A DNA stretch of 64,000 nucleotides from a virus, in the IMG/VR virus record IMGVR_UViG_3300032893_000030, positions 9,454 to 73,453 of that record. One strand, 5' to 3'. Positions 18,339 to 28,792 of the stretch are shown piece after piece. Numbering within the stretch: position 1 is the first letter of the stretch; each line of letters opens with the position of its first letter. The position numbers and the translations under genes are program-made. The notes below the pieces were generated by a model. The model worked only from the letters and a program-made list of their open reading frames with translations. It was not told the origin of the DNA and ran no database searches.

Positions 18339-18931
18339 TTAGCGGTGGCAGTAATAGAATCCATCCGGCCGTTATTGCGGCGCTGGATGACAAAGTTCCA
18401 TTCTTTAGGTGATGTCTTGGTAGAAAGTCCCTTGCTGATTTCCATCAAGTGTTGTGAGTAATCGGGAGATTCGGACTGTTCTTTGGATTGAATGGCCACG
18501 ATCAAATCAGCGATGTCTTTGGAATTTCGATTTGCGGAAAGTTCAATGAGTCGAATGGCCTTATCAATCAATGCTCCATACTTCTCATTGTTGGCTGTTA
18601 CCAGGGAAGAGATGGTTGAAGTCATCTTCTCATTCTGCTCTTTGATCTCCTGCACAATCTGAGTCAGGCGAGTGTTGGTCTTAGCCACGTCGGGCACGTC
18701 AACCCGAAGTGTCACTTTACTGAGTGCCTCCAGGGTAGTATTGATCTTGCCAAGCGCCTGGCCGATGGAAGTTTTCAACTCCTCATCGAAATGTTGCACA
18801 TCACCAAGTTTGCTTAATGCTTCAGTGAGTTCAGTAATGAGTCCATTGAGATAAGCATCGCGCTCCTGGCTCTGCTTTTCAGTGGATCTGATCTCTTCGA
18901 GTAAGTCTTCAACCCTGCTCATAGTATGCAA
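18335..18931 (-). CDS. coiled-coil protein (possible fibre assembly/structural)
   Basis: 198 aa, predominantly alpha-helical heptads. ATGA-type overlap with the fibre gene. Confidence 0.45.
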   Translation of the reverse strand: MHTMSRVEDLLEEIRSTEKQSQERDAYLNGLITELTEALSKLGDVQHFDEELKTSIGQALGKINTTLEALSKVTLRVDVPDVAKTNTRLTQIVQEIKEQNEKMTSTISSLVTANNEKYGALIDKAIRLIELSANRNSKDIADLIVAIQSKEQSESPDYSQHLMEISKGLSTKTSPKEWNFVIQRRNNGRMDSITATAK

Positions 18932-21507
18932 TTTACGACTTTTTCAAGTGCAGAATATTTGTTCTTCAAAGCCGTTCTGGCCTGATAGGCTTTGACTTTG
19001 ACTGTTTCACCGGGTGAAGTAGTCGATGGCATCTCCACCATGGTATTCAGATGCTCTTTGGGGATATCTCGTTTGAATAAGTCCTTGAGAGCATTCTTAA
19101 TTTCCTCAGCAGGCTTTTCTTCATAGACCCATGCCTTTTCGCCATTTTCAAGAGTGATTTCCTTGCGATTGTATTTCTCCTCCCAATGATCGAGTTTCTC
19201 AATTTGCTCTGGGGTCAGCGTCAAGACGTGGCCCTGGACTTGATGTTCTCCTTCAGGATGGAAATCTGGATATTTATTTTCGTTAGTTATTGTACCGCGC
19301 GCGGTTGCCGGTTCAACAGGAACATCACCTTCAATGCCTAATGCCTGACGGCGCGTGGCCTGATCTTGAAGGGTGCCATAGACAAAGACTTTTTCAGGAG
19401 AAGTAGATGTCTCAGTGGTAGAAGCAGGAGCCGTCATCGTTTTAGTCTGGTCGATCGGCTCCTGTTGTGCTTCCAAAGGCTCCGTCCTGGACTGTTCGCC
19501 TTCTTTCGGTTGGTTTATTTGTTCATCTGCTTGAACCTCTTTATTTTTGTGTGAGGCATTTTCTTTATGGGTCACGCTTGGAATTTCGCTAACGTCAGCA
19601 TTCTCTGTCCCCAATGTGGTATTAGATTCTTTCGTCCTCCCAGCCGTAGTACTGGTAGAATTTTCTGTAGCAAGAATTGCCGAGCCGCGTACTATCGCGT
19701 CCACAATAGGGGCCACTATGTCGGAAGAACGTTTAGAGGAAAGCGCATTGATGAGCACAGACTTGTTATGCAACAAATCATTGGTCGTAAACTTCTTTCC
19801 ACTGAAATTGTTCACCACATCAATGGGGACAAAAGGGACAATCGCCCTGAAAATCTTGTCATTGTTAATGCCTCCCAGCACATGAGAGAGCACATTAAGC
19901 CTAGATGGGACGTCGAGTTGGGAATATCCCTTTTCAAGCAAGGATGGAGTACTGCTAAGATTGCTGAAAAACTCGGAATGAGTCAGGGGGCGATTTCCAG
20001 TTACTTCAGTAAGTGGAATATTCGAAGGTGATTTTATCTCTTGTTTTTGGCCGCTACTTTCTTCGCGATTTCCGGATGGTCCCGAAACCATTCCGCTATT
20101 TTGAGTCGGCGCATTGCCTGACCCTTTGATAGATTCGGTTTGGATAGGTTCCGCCCGCTCTCCGATTTTGCTTGCCAACCGTGATTCGTTTGTACCAGCA
20201 TCGTTTTTCGTGTTTAGTTGATCTTCAACTTTTTTTGCTACTTGATCAGCATTCTCTGTGGTTGCTCCGGCAGTTGCCTGAGAAACAACTTTATTTGCTT
20301 GTGCTAAGGTAGCGGATTTTTCTGTAGGAGTTGCCGTTGGGAGTTTGGCAAGTTTATCGGATGTACGCGATCCAATGGCATGCAGACCAATACCACCAAC
20401 AGCACCTTGGGCCATGGATTCAAGGCGTTCGAGTGCTTTATCATTCGTGTTGGCTTCATTCCATGCTTTACCGAGATCCTTGCCGGCAACTTGAGAAGCA
20501 CCAATTTGTTCCATCCAAGTCTGTGCATACTCGGTGCCAGCTTCAATGCTACCGGTCTTGATCATATCCGTTGCCCGCCTGCGAAGGCTTGAAATCAGTG
20601 ATCGCTTACCAAATGACATGACATTTTTTGCACCCACATAGTCCAGCAATCCTGCTGCTGTACCATAAGCAATAGCAAGTGCAGGTTTATCCAGATTTTT
20701 GTCGATGACTTCAGATGGTGTGATTCCTTCATCTTGAGCAATCTTTTTGACTCCATCCATGTAGATTGAACCAACCTCCTGACCAATGGATGTTGCACCA
20801 CCAGAAAGAACAGATGCCGGTATTTGTCCAGCGGCTTGTCCTAAAGCATAGGATACCCAATTAAGAGCATCGATAGGATCTTTAATTTTATCAAGACTGC
20901 TTGTGAGATTTTTAACTGTCTCTTCACCCTTGGCACTACGCTCAATTGCCCAATTGATGAGATTCTTTTTGGTATTTGCGGCAATTTCTTCTGAAGTAAC
21001 AATTGGCTTTTTGAAGTCGGGGAACATTGCCTCTGCGCTTGGACGATCCATGCTTGGCTTTGTCACTGCCGCCATGCCAGCAGTTATTGCGGAAGGAAGC
21101 TGATAGGCAAGCGTATTCCATCCACTCTTACTACCTGTTACGACAATATTTTTTTCCCGCTCTTCCGGAAAGACACCGGCATTATTTCTGGCGCGTATCT
21201 CATCCCAAGAAGGAGGCTTAAATCTTTCAAGTGCTCTTTGTGAATCGGTCTTCTTGAGATTTGCTTCGAAACTTTCCAGAAGCGTAGGCTTTGGCAAAGG
21301 CTTTGGCCCCTGCGCTAAAGGCTGCGAAGATTCTATGCCACCAGGAGCGGTCGTACCATCTTCTGAATTTGGAGCGCCGGTGATAACGTCTTTTTTTTTT
21401 ACTTCAACAGCATCGGATGGAGGAGTCCATTCTTGTTCAGCGGTTGTAGTTTCAACAGCGTCAGATGGCGGTTCCCATCCCTTTGGGTTTTCTGGTCCAG
21501 TCTTCAT
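18919..21507 (-). CDS. large virion protein with C-terminal gamma-glutamyl cyclotransferase (AIG2/GGCT)-like domain; central part antisense to an HNH gene
   Basis: 862 aa continuous ORF. N-terminal ~490 aa are protein-like, with repeated W(E/T)PPSDAVE and GQIPASVLSGGATSIGQEVGSIYMDG. C-terminal ~110 aa EKVFVYGTLQDQ... carries the VxxYGTL AIG2/GGCT hallmark. Residues ~490-650 are low complexity and lie exactly antisense to the HNH ORF 19567..20031. Confidence 0.5.
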   Translation of the reverse strand: MKTGPENPKGWEPPSDAVETTTAEQEWTPPSDAVEVKKKDVITGAPNSEDGTTAPGGIESSQPLAQGPKPLPKPTLLESFEANLKKTDSQRALERFKPPSWDEIRARNNAGVFPEEREKNIVVTGSKSGWNTLAYQLPSAITAGMAAVTKPSMDRPSAEAMFPDFKKPIVTSEEIAANTKKNLINWAIERSAKGEETVKNLTSSLDKIKDPIDALNWVSYALGQAAGQIPASVLSGGATSIGQEVGSIYMDGVKKIAQDEGITPSEVIDKNLDKPALAIAYGTAAGLLDYVGAKNVMSFGKRSLISSLRRRATDMIKTGSIEAGTEYAQTWMEQIGASQVAGKDLGKAWNEANTNDKALERLESMAQGAVGGIGLHAIGSRTSDKLAKLPTATPTEKSATLAQANKVVSQATAGATTENADQVAKKVEDQLNTKNDAGTNESRLASKIGERAEPIQTESIKGSGNAPTQNSGMVSGPSGNREESSGQKQEIKSPSNIPLTEVTGNRPLTHSEFFSNLSSTPSLLEKGYSQLDVPSRLNVLSHVLGGINNDKIFRAIVPFVPIDVVNNFSGKKFTTNDLLHNKSVLINALSSKRSSDIVAPIVDAIVRGSAILATENSTSTTAGRTKESNTTLGTENADVSEIPSVTHKENASHKNKEVQADEQINQPKEGEQSRTEPLEAQQEPIDQTKTMTAPASTTETSTSPEKVFVYGTLQDQATRRQALGIEGDVPVEPATARGTITNENKYPDFHPEGEHQVQGHVLTLTPEQIEKLDHWEEKYNRKEITLENGEKAWVYEEKPAEEIKNALKDLFKRDIPKEHLNTMVEMPSTTSPGETVKVKAYQARTALKNKYSALEKVVNCIL
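19567..20031 (+). CDS. HNH homing endonuclease (nested antisense in a - strand ORF)
   Basis: 154 aa. N-terminal zinc finger CPQCG...CSKNC. HNH motif EIVHHINGDKRDNRPENLVIVNASQHMREH. C-terminal HTH-like STAKIAEKLGMSQGAIS. Confidence 0.7.
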   Translation: MGHAWNFANVSILCPQCGIRFFRPPSRSTGRIFCSKNCRAAYYRVHNRGHYVGRTFRGKRIDEHRLVMQQIIGRKLLSTEIVHHINGDKRDNRPENLVIVNASQHMREHIKPRWDVELGISLFKQGWSTAKIAEKLGMSQGAISSYFSKWNIRR

Positions 21508-23432
21508 TTCTTTGTGTACACTTTTCCATCAGGACCAATCAACCGGTCACCTGATCGAAGTGCATTCCATTTTTTATTGAATTCTTCAGGATCGGATACT
21601 TTAGGTATGCCACTCGCGGCTTGTACTTTTTTTATCATATCCTCTTTGGCCTGTGTCTTCCGTTGTATCGTCTGTGCAGGTGTCTCCCTACCATAATTGT
21701 TTCCTGCCGCCTGCTGTATTCGTTGTTGGATTGCCTGATTAACCACTTTCATTTCCGGTGACCAATTCTTCTGGTTGTTAATATCGAATCCACCGGTAAT
21801 TGCCTTGATCCGATTTGTGTCTTGTTGATCAGCTACAACAAGTTCATTGTGTTCAACATCAAATCCGAGATATGGAAGCAATGCCTGATACTGATCCTTT
21901 TGATCAGGAGTCAATTCATCGAGTCCTGCAAGCTGGCGAATCTTATTAATCTGATCACGTTGTTGAGTAAGTGTGGCAACTTTATTGGCATCACCGGCAA
22001 TATTTGCATCTGCGATCTGCTGATTGAGACTTTTCTCTTGCTGAAATGCGGCCTGTAAAACCTTTGCTTTGTCGGTGGTTGTTCCGCGAAGCGCTATCTT
22101 AATTCCTGTGATGGCATTCTTTTTATTCGGATCAAAGGCACTATCTGGAAGTGCCTGGATATCCTGAATCATTTGCTGTGGTGATTTCGCAGTGATGTTG
22201 ATCGGTGTATCATCTTTCCCGACCGGCACCAATTGATATCCCTCAACAGAGAAATCACGTTTGCCGCGCATGTCATGTGTGACTTCACCAGTATTCAGAT
22301 CAAGTCGATTGGCACTTGTGCTCGGCATTGAAAATGAGCGTCCGGTTTTTAATGGGATTACGCCACCAGGGCCAGCAAAGTCATTTTCATGAAATGTGTA
22401 GGCGTGTGCAACTTTGTCGTTGGTGAATCCTAAGTCGCCTTCTGGAGTTCTGTTCTTGGCATCATAAGCATTGGAAAGCTGGACCTTCTCATAAGATGCC
22501 ATGTCTTTCTTAGCCAAATCACGCGCTCTTTCATTGAACTCAAGTGGTCGGCGTGTATTACCTTCTGTAATCCATGCTTTAGGATTCGGGTTCAAATCAG
22601 GATTATGCCGTAATTCAGAAAGTATCTCAACATCCGATTTGCCAGCCATCCAATTTGGATCACGCGCTTTATTCTCGCGGATTTCATTTACCAGTTGTTG
22701 ATTTGCGATCTCATCATAATATTGTGCGAAACGCTTGTCCTTGCGAAACATATCAACGACATGCGAATCGGTCACTCCCGGGGAGCCTTGATCATCAAAG
22801 AAAATCCGCGAGACAAGTTTTTTGGTCTTGATGCCGGATGGAGTAGTAACTTCTGTCTCATATTGCTTTTCCTTGTGGGCATTGACATAATCTGAAACAG
22901 CCTTTCCAGCATCGAATGATTTGAGTATATCGTTGCCTAAAGTATTTTTGAGATCCTGAATCTTTTGTCCGGTCTGCTGAATGTCTTGTTCGACCGGAAG
23001 ATTATTGCCCTGAAGCAAACTCATCACCCGGTCACGATCGTAATTTGGCTTATAGTATGGGTCGTCATTTTGCCTGGCTGTGATCTGAGTATCGAGTTCC
23101 TTGAGTTGTGCTGCCTGAGCTTTTGATTCTGCATTGAGTGATTGAAGTGTCATCAAGCGCTGTTTCACTGCCGGATCAATCAATCCGGTATTGCGCAGGC
23201 TACTGTAAGCATAACGGCCTGCATCAATTGCTTCTTGGTTGATTTTTTGATTGTGGGTTGGAATTGTCGTATCGGCAACAAATGACCGGTAGTTGTTGGC
23301 CATATGCTGTTCGGCCAATTGTCTGTTGGCGCGATATTGTTGAACTGCCGCTAATGCGGTAAGTTCCCTGGGACCAATCTGAAGGTCGGGAGCAACGAAA
23401 GGCCTGGCATTGTAAAACTCTCTGTATGCCAT
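21504..23432 (-). CDS. hypothetical virion protein
   Basis: 642 aa. Gln/Asn/Asp-rich, coiled-coil segments. ATGA overlap with the downstream gene. Confidence 0.5.
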   Translation of the reverse strand: MAYREFYNARPFVAPDLQIGPRELTALAAVQQYRANRQLAEQHMANNYRSFVADTTIPTHNQKINQEAIDAGRYAYSSLRNTGLIDPAVKQRLMTLQSLNAESKAQAAQLKELDTQITARQNDDPYYKPNYDRDRVMSLLQGNNLPVEQDIQQTGQKIQDLKNTLGNDILKSFDAGKAVSDYVNAHKEKQYETEVTTPSGIKTKKLVSRIFFDDQGSPGVTDSHVVDMFRKDKRFAQYYDEIANQQLVNEIRENKARDPNWMAGKSDVEILSELRHNPDLNPNPKAWITEGNTRRPLEFNERARDLAKKDMASYEKVQLSNAYDAKNRTPEGDLGFTNDKVAHAYTFHENDFAGPGGVIPLKTGRSFSMPSTSANRLDLNTGEVTHDMRGKRDFSVEGYQLVPVGKDDTPINITAKSPQQMIQDIQALPDSAFDPNKKNAITGIKIALRGTTTDKAKVLQAAFQQEKSLNQQIADANIAGDANKVATLTQQRDQINKIRQLAGLDELTPDQKDQYQALLPYLGFDVEHNELVVADQQDTNRIKAITGGFDINNQKNWSPEMKVVNQAIQQRIQQAAGNNYGRETPAQTIQRKTQAKEDMIKKVQAASGIPKVSDPEEFNKKWNALRSGDRLIGPDGKVYTKK

Positions 23433-23435
23433 GTT

Positions 23436-24089
23436 TTAGCCACCAGATTCACCTGTGTAATCGTAGTTTCCGGCAGCGGCTTCATCTGGATAGTATGCAG
23501 GACCGTATCCAGCCATAAAACCTCTGTTCAGAGTATTTTTTGCATTCAGATAGTCCATGAACTTCCATCCGGTTTCAGCACCATATTTGTTGAGTTGCTG
23601 TTGCTGCTCGAGTTGCAACTGATACGGCATATTGACATTGTAGTTCCATGCTTTATCAGCCTCCTCGGCTGATGCAACATTGGCACCAGCGAGTTGCTGA
23701 CGACCTTGTTGTTGATATTGAGCGTCCATGCCGGCCAATTGTCGTTTACCCTGAATTTTTGAACCGGTTATAGATCTCAAAGTATTCAAGAGCGAATTGG
23801 TGTTTGAGGAATATCGCTGGGCATTGTACATAGCCTCAGCGCTATCTTGATCAAGTTGATCTTCGCCTCTTCTCACCGCAGCATTTTGTCCAAAGGCAGA
23901 CATTGCGGCCAAAGCCTTGTTTTGATCATATTCTGGCTGGACATTGTATTTTGGACGTTTTGGTGTGCCAAAATATCCAATAGCGGCACCACCAAGTCCG
24001 CCGATGGCGGCTCCCCATGGGCCAAATGCAGCACCGGCAGTGGCTCCGGTTATCGCCCCTTGTTCCGCTCCCTGTAATTGAGGATCCAT
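23436..24089 (-). CDS. glycine-zipper membrane-associated virion protein (hypothetical)
   Basis: 217 aa. N-terminal GAITGATAGAAFGPWGAAIGGLGGAAIGYFG glycine-zipper/TM-like segment, then a Gln-rich coiled coil. Confidence 0.45.
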   Translation of the reverse strand: MDPQLQGAEQGAITGATAGAAFGPWGAAIGGLGGAAIGYFGTPKRPKYNVQPEYDQNKALAAMSAFGQNAAVRRGEDQLDQDSAEAMYNAQRYSSNTNSLLNTLRSITGSKIQGKRQLAGMDAQYQQQGRQQLAGANVASAEEADKAWNYNVNMPYQLQLEQQQQLNKYGAETGWKFMDYLNAKNTLNRGFMAGYGPAYYPDEAAAGNYDYTGESGG

Positions 24090-24104
24090 AGAAACAAAGT
24101 TAGT

Positions 24105-27100
24105 TTATTTTTTGACGGTTTTTTCTGAGATCGCCCAGCGAACTACAAGGCAATTTAACCAGGAATACCAGTTCACATCTGGATCGAGTTTTACAAGCAA
24201 AGACAATGCCCTGCTTCGCATTACATTGCCATTTACGATTGACGTAGGCTGATCGGGCGGATTTATAGTCCAGATATCACGCTTGATGTCAGCCCACAAT
24301 GTACCCTCAAGATTTTTAAAATCTGTCAATAGCAGACGTGTTTGTTGATTGATCTGGCCATTGGTTTTGAAATCACTCTCAATCAATGGTGCTGACCATC
24401 CATCGGTTGCCTGAATATTGAGCGCCTGCCATATCTTCATCGTGCGCAAGTACCGGTTGGCTACCGGTTGCCACATTGTATCTTTTTTGAGACCATAGAA
24501 AGAACCAAAATCATCGCCTTGTTCATGGATATGAACTACTGCACCAATAATGGAATACGTTTCATTATCCAAACCGGCAAACGCATCCGGTGCGTAGCTG
24601 TACACAGACTTCCATCGTTTGTCCATCGGACGTTCGGAGAATGCGATGCATTTGTAATCGTCATAGCCACGGAAATTATCTGGTAGAGATGAATGATCAT
24701 TGAAGCAAATCCATTCATCATAGTATGCATCATATACAGATTTTGCCGTTGCTGGGGTGTCAGAATCATAGGTGTCAATCAGCATTTCAATAAGCTGATT
24801 GTACCAGATTGACATTCCCTCTTCACTGATGGCAGTTAATCCATCATCGCTGTATCTGATCCATCCTCCCTTTTTTGCATTCCAGAACATGACTCTGGAA
24901 TTTCTCTTACTCACGCTTTCAGGATTAAGTGTGCCATGACTTCCAATCAATGTGTTATATGCCCCGAGCACTTGATCGCTGAGTGTAACTTGCGTGTCTC
25001 CAGCAATATTTTGAAGCGTTGCGCGGTTTATGTAGACTGACCAGGTTTCTGATTCACCAATCACCAAGAGAATGTTACCCATCGATTTTACCTGAATATT
25101 GCTCACATTCACCATCGCGCGAATCTTTCCATATTCTGACGGAAAAATTTTCTGGTCCTGATCCTGGAAATTATTGAGGTTTATGAAAAGACTGTTCTCA
25201 ATAAACTTGCCACCGAAGCGAATCTGTGTACCAATGACAAATTGTGTAGGCACATTTTGATATGCGACAAATGGCCGTCCCGTGTTATGCTCCCATGGTG
25301 TGGATGCAGCTTTTGCGCGGTCTACATTCATCTGCACGAACTGCGGATATTCGCTCAATGTTGGAGGAATAGTAATGCTTCCAATGAATCCTTTCCATGG
25401 GTATCCACTGCCGCCATATCCTTCATCTAAAAGTCTTTGAGAATAAAAAAAGTTTTTCGCAACTATCCACACATCCCCATTTGTGATTGGAAGTTTATTG
25501 TAGAATGTGAATCCATTGAGTGTTGACGGTGAAACTGATGCTAAGTTCGTCCACGTAAAATCACGCTTTGCAAAATCTCTATTTGCTGTTTTTGGTTTTA
25601 TGATTGGATACCATTCACCCATCTCATAGAAAAGGACATTGGAGTCTTCGATGTTGATCACCGAATTACTGACCACTGTGCCAGATTGCAATGCTACAAC
25701 CTGCGTATTTCCACCTAAAACACCAGTGTTTATTTTGCCTTCTAATGCGAATTTTTTTGGGCGATATATCTCAATTGAGAATTGACGCGATTTTGTAGTT
25801 GAACTTTGTGTTCTATTTTTTAGTGTATAAAGAGTTTCTGGTTTTGCGACAATGATCCCAGTGCCGGTAAAAGTGATGATCTCTGCATCGAAGCGATTAT
25901 AAGTAGTATCTGTAGAATCTGTGCTTCCCCAAAAGCGCACACGATCGCCTGGTTGCCAACTGTAGAAGACATTATTACATGGCCATGGCGTACTTAAACT
26001 ACTTTTCGTTGAATCCAGATAAAAGTTGGATATATCAAAGTAGATAAGAGTACAATTATGTGAATCTGGTGCAAGATCATTTTTTCTGATTTGTGCTAAT
26101 ATGCGTGACACAAGATCATACTCTGCCCCAGATCCACTATTGAAATTATCATAATATCCAGAAATGATATCGCGAATTTCAGAATCTGTTTGCAAAGACC
26201 CATCGGCAAATCCTGTATTTAGATTTAAAAACTTGATGTAGTTGACAATGCCTAACACGAAGTAATCAATATTCAAGCAATTACTGCGCACAATCTGATA
26301 TGACACTGCCCAATCAGGAGGCGTGACCGAATTGGGAATTTTGAATCCAAGAGCATGATATCGTTCTTGCGCAGTAGGATTCGCATCAGTAGTTGGATTA
26401 AAGTCTGGAATCAGGTATGACCATTTGTCAAGGGTTTGTACTAGACCTGTTCGACCTGCTTCGTCTGAGAAAAGTATTCCGCATTTATAAATTCCTTTTT
26501 CCTTGAAACTGAATCGTTGAATTGGAAAATAGGAACTCAAGCCAGATACATTAAACCAATTGGGATCGGTTGATTCAATCGAGTAGACTTCAATATTGGT
26601 GATGTCAAGATTTGAAATAGGTTGGAACTGATCCTTGTTGTTGGCCAGCATTATTCGATTGTCAATTGCTTCAAGTGAAGCACTCAGCAATGGCACACTG
26701 TCAAAGTATTGCCCTATTTCCGTATCCGAAATTGTTCTTGTTGGTCCTGAATTATCAAATACCACACTGGCCGGTGCTGCTCCATTCAATGCAACTTTTG
26801 CAAATGACTTCCATGTGTCAATGGTTGATTGACGATAAGCGTACTCAATTGAATCGACAAACGAATAAAATCGAATATCGCTATGCTGGAAGGAAGTATT
26901 GGAAGGATTGTTGCTATCAAAGAGCCATCCATTGGCCACAATGTTAAAAGTCACCGGATCTCCAATCAAAGGACTTGGTTGCACCCCGTGACTTATATCT
27001 GAATTGACCTTGAATAGAAATTGATTGCTTACAAAATTGCTTGGCGGTGACCAGCATGATGCAAATCCTCCAACATAGATGTATCGGTAGGCAAATTGAA

Positions 27101-27767
27101 ATATTCCTTTAGTCAGAAAATCATTGGTTGCAGTAGCCCCCATGGTTACAAGCGGAGGCTTAATCGGTGCCCATTTAATCAGACTGATGTGAAATTCCGA
27201 GAATGAATTTCCAAGTGTGGACTTCAGTGTATAGATACTTGTGACATCGATGATCCGTGGTGGATTTCCAGTATTAGCAGTTGGGTTACCGTCTGTAAAA
27301 ATCAGATACTTGTCAATCTTGGTAATGGACACAAAGTTGTCCAGCGAAAAATTCAATCCTGACCAGAGAAGCAATTCGAAAATCTGCCGAGTACTTTTCT
27401 GATACATCAAAATGGTATGGCTACCATTTGAATTATAGACGGCCCAATACAGTTTCCGCTCCTTATGATCTTCGTATGGCTTACTGATGCAGGTATTATT
27501 TCCAGATGGCGCGCTTACCGCAGTCCATGCACTACCGTTCCAACGCTGGTATTCGGTGATCTCAAGAGTACTCCACATGTTCTCAAGAGCACCATCATTG
27601 TTACCAGATGTGGAACCAATCCGTGCATTGAGGGCATAGCGATAGTCTCCAAGAGCCTCAAAATCAGAACGGCCTTCTGATCCCTTTGAGGGCGACAGAA
27701 GGCCGGCATCTTGATTCATGCCACCGGCCGGGTAAAGAGGTATCAGTAACTCTTCGTCTGCCATCAA
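24105..27767 (-). CDS. large tail-associated structural protein (putative host-recognition/tail hub)
   Basis: 1220 aa. Beta-rich Asn/Ser/Thr/Trp/Tyr composition typical of tail or spike proteins. No enzymatic motif recognised. Confidence 0.55.
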   Translation of the reverse strand: MMADEELLIPLYPAGGMNQDAGLLSPSKGSEGRSDFEALGDYRYALNARIGSTSGNNDGALENMWSTLEITEYQRWNGSAWTAVSAPSGNNTCISKPYEDHKERKLYWAVYNSNGSHTILMYQKSTRQIFELLLWSGLNFSLDNFVSITKIDKYLIFTDGNPTANTGNPPRIIDVTSIYTLKSTLGNSFSEFHISLIKWAPIKPPLVTMGATATNDFLTKGIFQFAYRYIYVGGFASCWSPPSNFVSNQFLFKVNSDISHGVQPSPLIGDPVTFNIVANGWLFDSNNPSNTSFQHSDIRFYSFVDSIEYAYRQSTIDTWKSFAKVALNGAAPASVVFDNSGPTRTISDTEIGQYFDSVPLLSASLEAIDNRIMLANNKDQFQPISNLDITNIEVYSIESTDPNWFNVSGLSSYFPIQRFSFKEKGIYKCGILFSDEAGRTGLVQTLDKWSYLIPDFNPTTDANPTAQERYHALGFKIPNSVTPPDWAVSYQIVRSNCLNIDYFVLGIVNYIKFLNLNTGFADGSLQTDSEIRDIISGYYDNFNSGSGAEYDLVSRILAQIRKNDLAPDSHNCTLIYFDISNFYLDSTKSSLSTPWPCNNVFYSWQPGDRVRFWGSTDSTDTTYNRFDAEIITFTGTGIIVAKPETLYTLKNRTQSSTTKSRQFSIEIYRPKKFALEGKINTGVLGGNTQVVALQSGTVVSNSVINIEDSNVLFYEMGEWYPIIKPKTANRDFAKRDFTWTNLASVSPSTLNGFTFYNKLPITNGDVWIVAKNFFYSQRLLDEGYGGSGYPWKGFIGSITIPPTLSEYPQFVQMNVDRAKAASTPWEHNTGRPFVAYQNVPTQFVIGTQIRFGGKFIENSLFINLNNFQDQDQKIFPSEYGKIRAMVNVSNIQVKSMGNILLVIGESETWSVYINRATLQNIAGDTQVTLSDQVLGAYNTLIGSHGTLNPESVSKRNSRVMFWNAKKGGWIRYSDDGLTAISEEGMSIWYNQLIEMLIDTYDSDTPATAKSVYDAYYDEWICFNDHSSLPDNFRGYDDYKCIAFSERPMDKRWKSVYSYAPDAFAGLDNETYSIIGAVVHIHEQGDDFGSFYGLKKDTMWQPVANRYLRTMKIWQALNIQATDGWSAPLIESDFKTNGQINQQTRLLLTDFKNLEGTLWADIKRDIWTINPPDQPTSIVNGNVMRSRALSLLVKLDPDVNWYSWLNCLVVRWAISEKTVKK

Positions 27768-27982
27768 GCCTTCAGAGGATGTTCCTTGGTGTACGTTTCG
27801 CTGGACTTATACTCATCTCCTTCTTTCCAGCGCCGGTGAATAATGTGACCATTGTCGATTTTCCTGATTTCGATAGTTTCTCCCCGCTTCATTGGTTTTA
27901 CCGAAGATGCACCAGCCGCAATGGGTTTGTCTTCTGATTTCGTTCCACTGGATTTTGAGTATCCCGCTTTAACAGTTGCCAT
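27764..27982 (-). CDS. hypothetical protein
   Basis: 72 aa. Overlaps the neighbour's start (ATGA). Confidence 0.4.
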   Translation of the reverse strand: MATVKAGYSKSSGTKSEDKPIAAGASSVKPMKRGETIEIRKIDNGHIIHRRWKEGDEYKSSETYTKEHPLKA

Positions 27983-27988
27983 GGTATT

Positions 27989-28792
27989 TTAAATTTTGTT
28001 GGTGAGTCTGTAGCCTTTTCGAGTTAATGCAATCAGTGTGTCCTTGTCAATAATATTGGAACGTGCGCGCACAAGCATTTCTGCCGACCATAATTCACGT
28101 CCGGTTCTTACGATTGCTGCTTCTGATTTCTCTGGTCCTTTTCGGAAACGTTCATACTGATGAATAATGTACTGCCTGGCATAATCAGCCAAATAAGGAC
28201 TGAGGACCGTTTCACCGCAAGGATTGATTCCAAGAGCAATGTATTCAAGATAAATCTGAGTGGTGCCTGCTGGAAGATTTGAATCAAGAAGCATTTCCTT
28301 TACTCCACCTGGACGATCCACAACGACAAATTGTCCGCGATGCGCAAGACCCCCGCCAACCGAAAATATTGATCGGCCACCGTAGTTGGAGAAATTGTAG
28401 CCACCATAAGCTGTGATATCTACTCCGTTCGGCAACCAATCCGGAGGGTAGTTCTTTGAGAAGTCTGGATTGCCAGGCGTTCTGTCGATATGCGATAACG
28501 AACTGTTAACTGAAAAAGTCTTGACATATTGTCCCCATGGAATTCCAACTTTTGTCCAATCGATGTAATCAACCGGCAACGTACAGGTGCGCACATCGCT
28601 TATGTCCATCACAATCGTCTTTGGCTCCTGCGCGGTATCGAGTTTAAGTTGTGCAATACCCCAGCAGGCCCAGGATAAGAGCTTGTTGAAATAATGAGGA
28701 GTTAAATCAAGGTCAATGAGTACTTGATCGCAAATAGCGGCCAGCGTGAAGTAAGTCTTCTTGGCATCAATCGGTTCAACCTCCTCTGACAT
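27989..28792 (-). CDS. hypothetical structural protein
   Basis: 267 aa. Confidence 0.5.
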   Translation of the reverse strand: MSEEVEPIDAKKTYFTLAAICDQVLIDLDLTPHYFNKLLSWACWGIAQLKLDTAQEPKTIVMDISDVRTCTLPVDYIDWTKVGIPWGQYVKTFSVNSSLSHIDRTPGNPDFSKNYPPDWLPNGVDITAYGGYNFSNYGGRSIFSVGGGLAHRGQFVVVDRPGGVKEMLLDSNLPAGTTQIYLEYIALGINPCGETVLSPYLADYARQYIIHQYERFRKGPEKSEAAIVRTGRELWSAEMLVRARSNIIDKDTLIALTRKGYRLTNKI

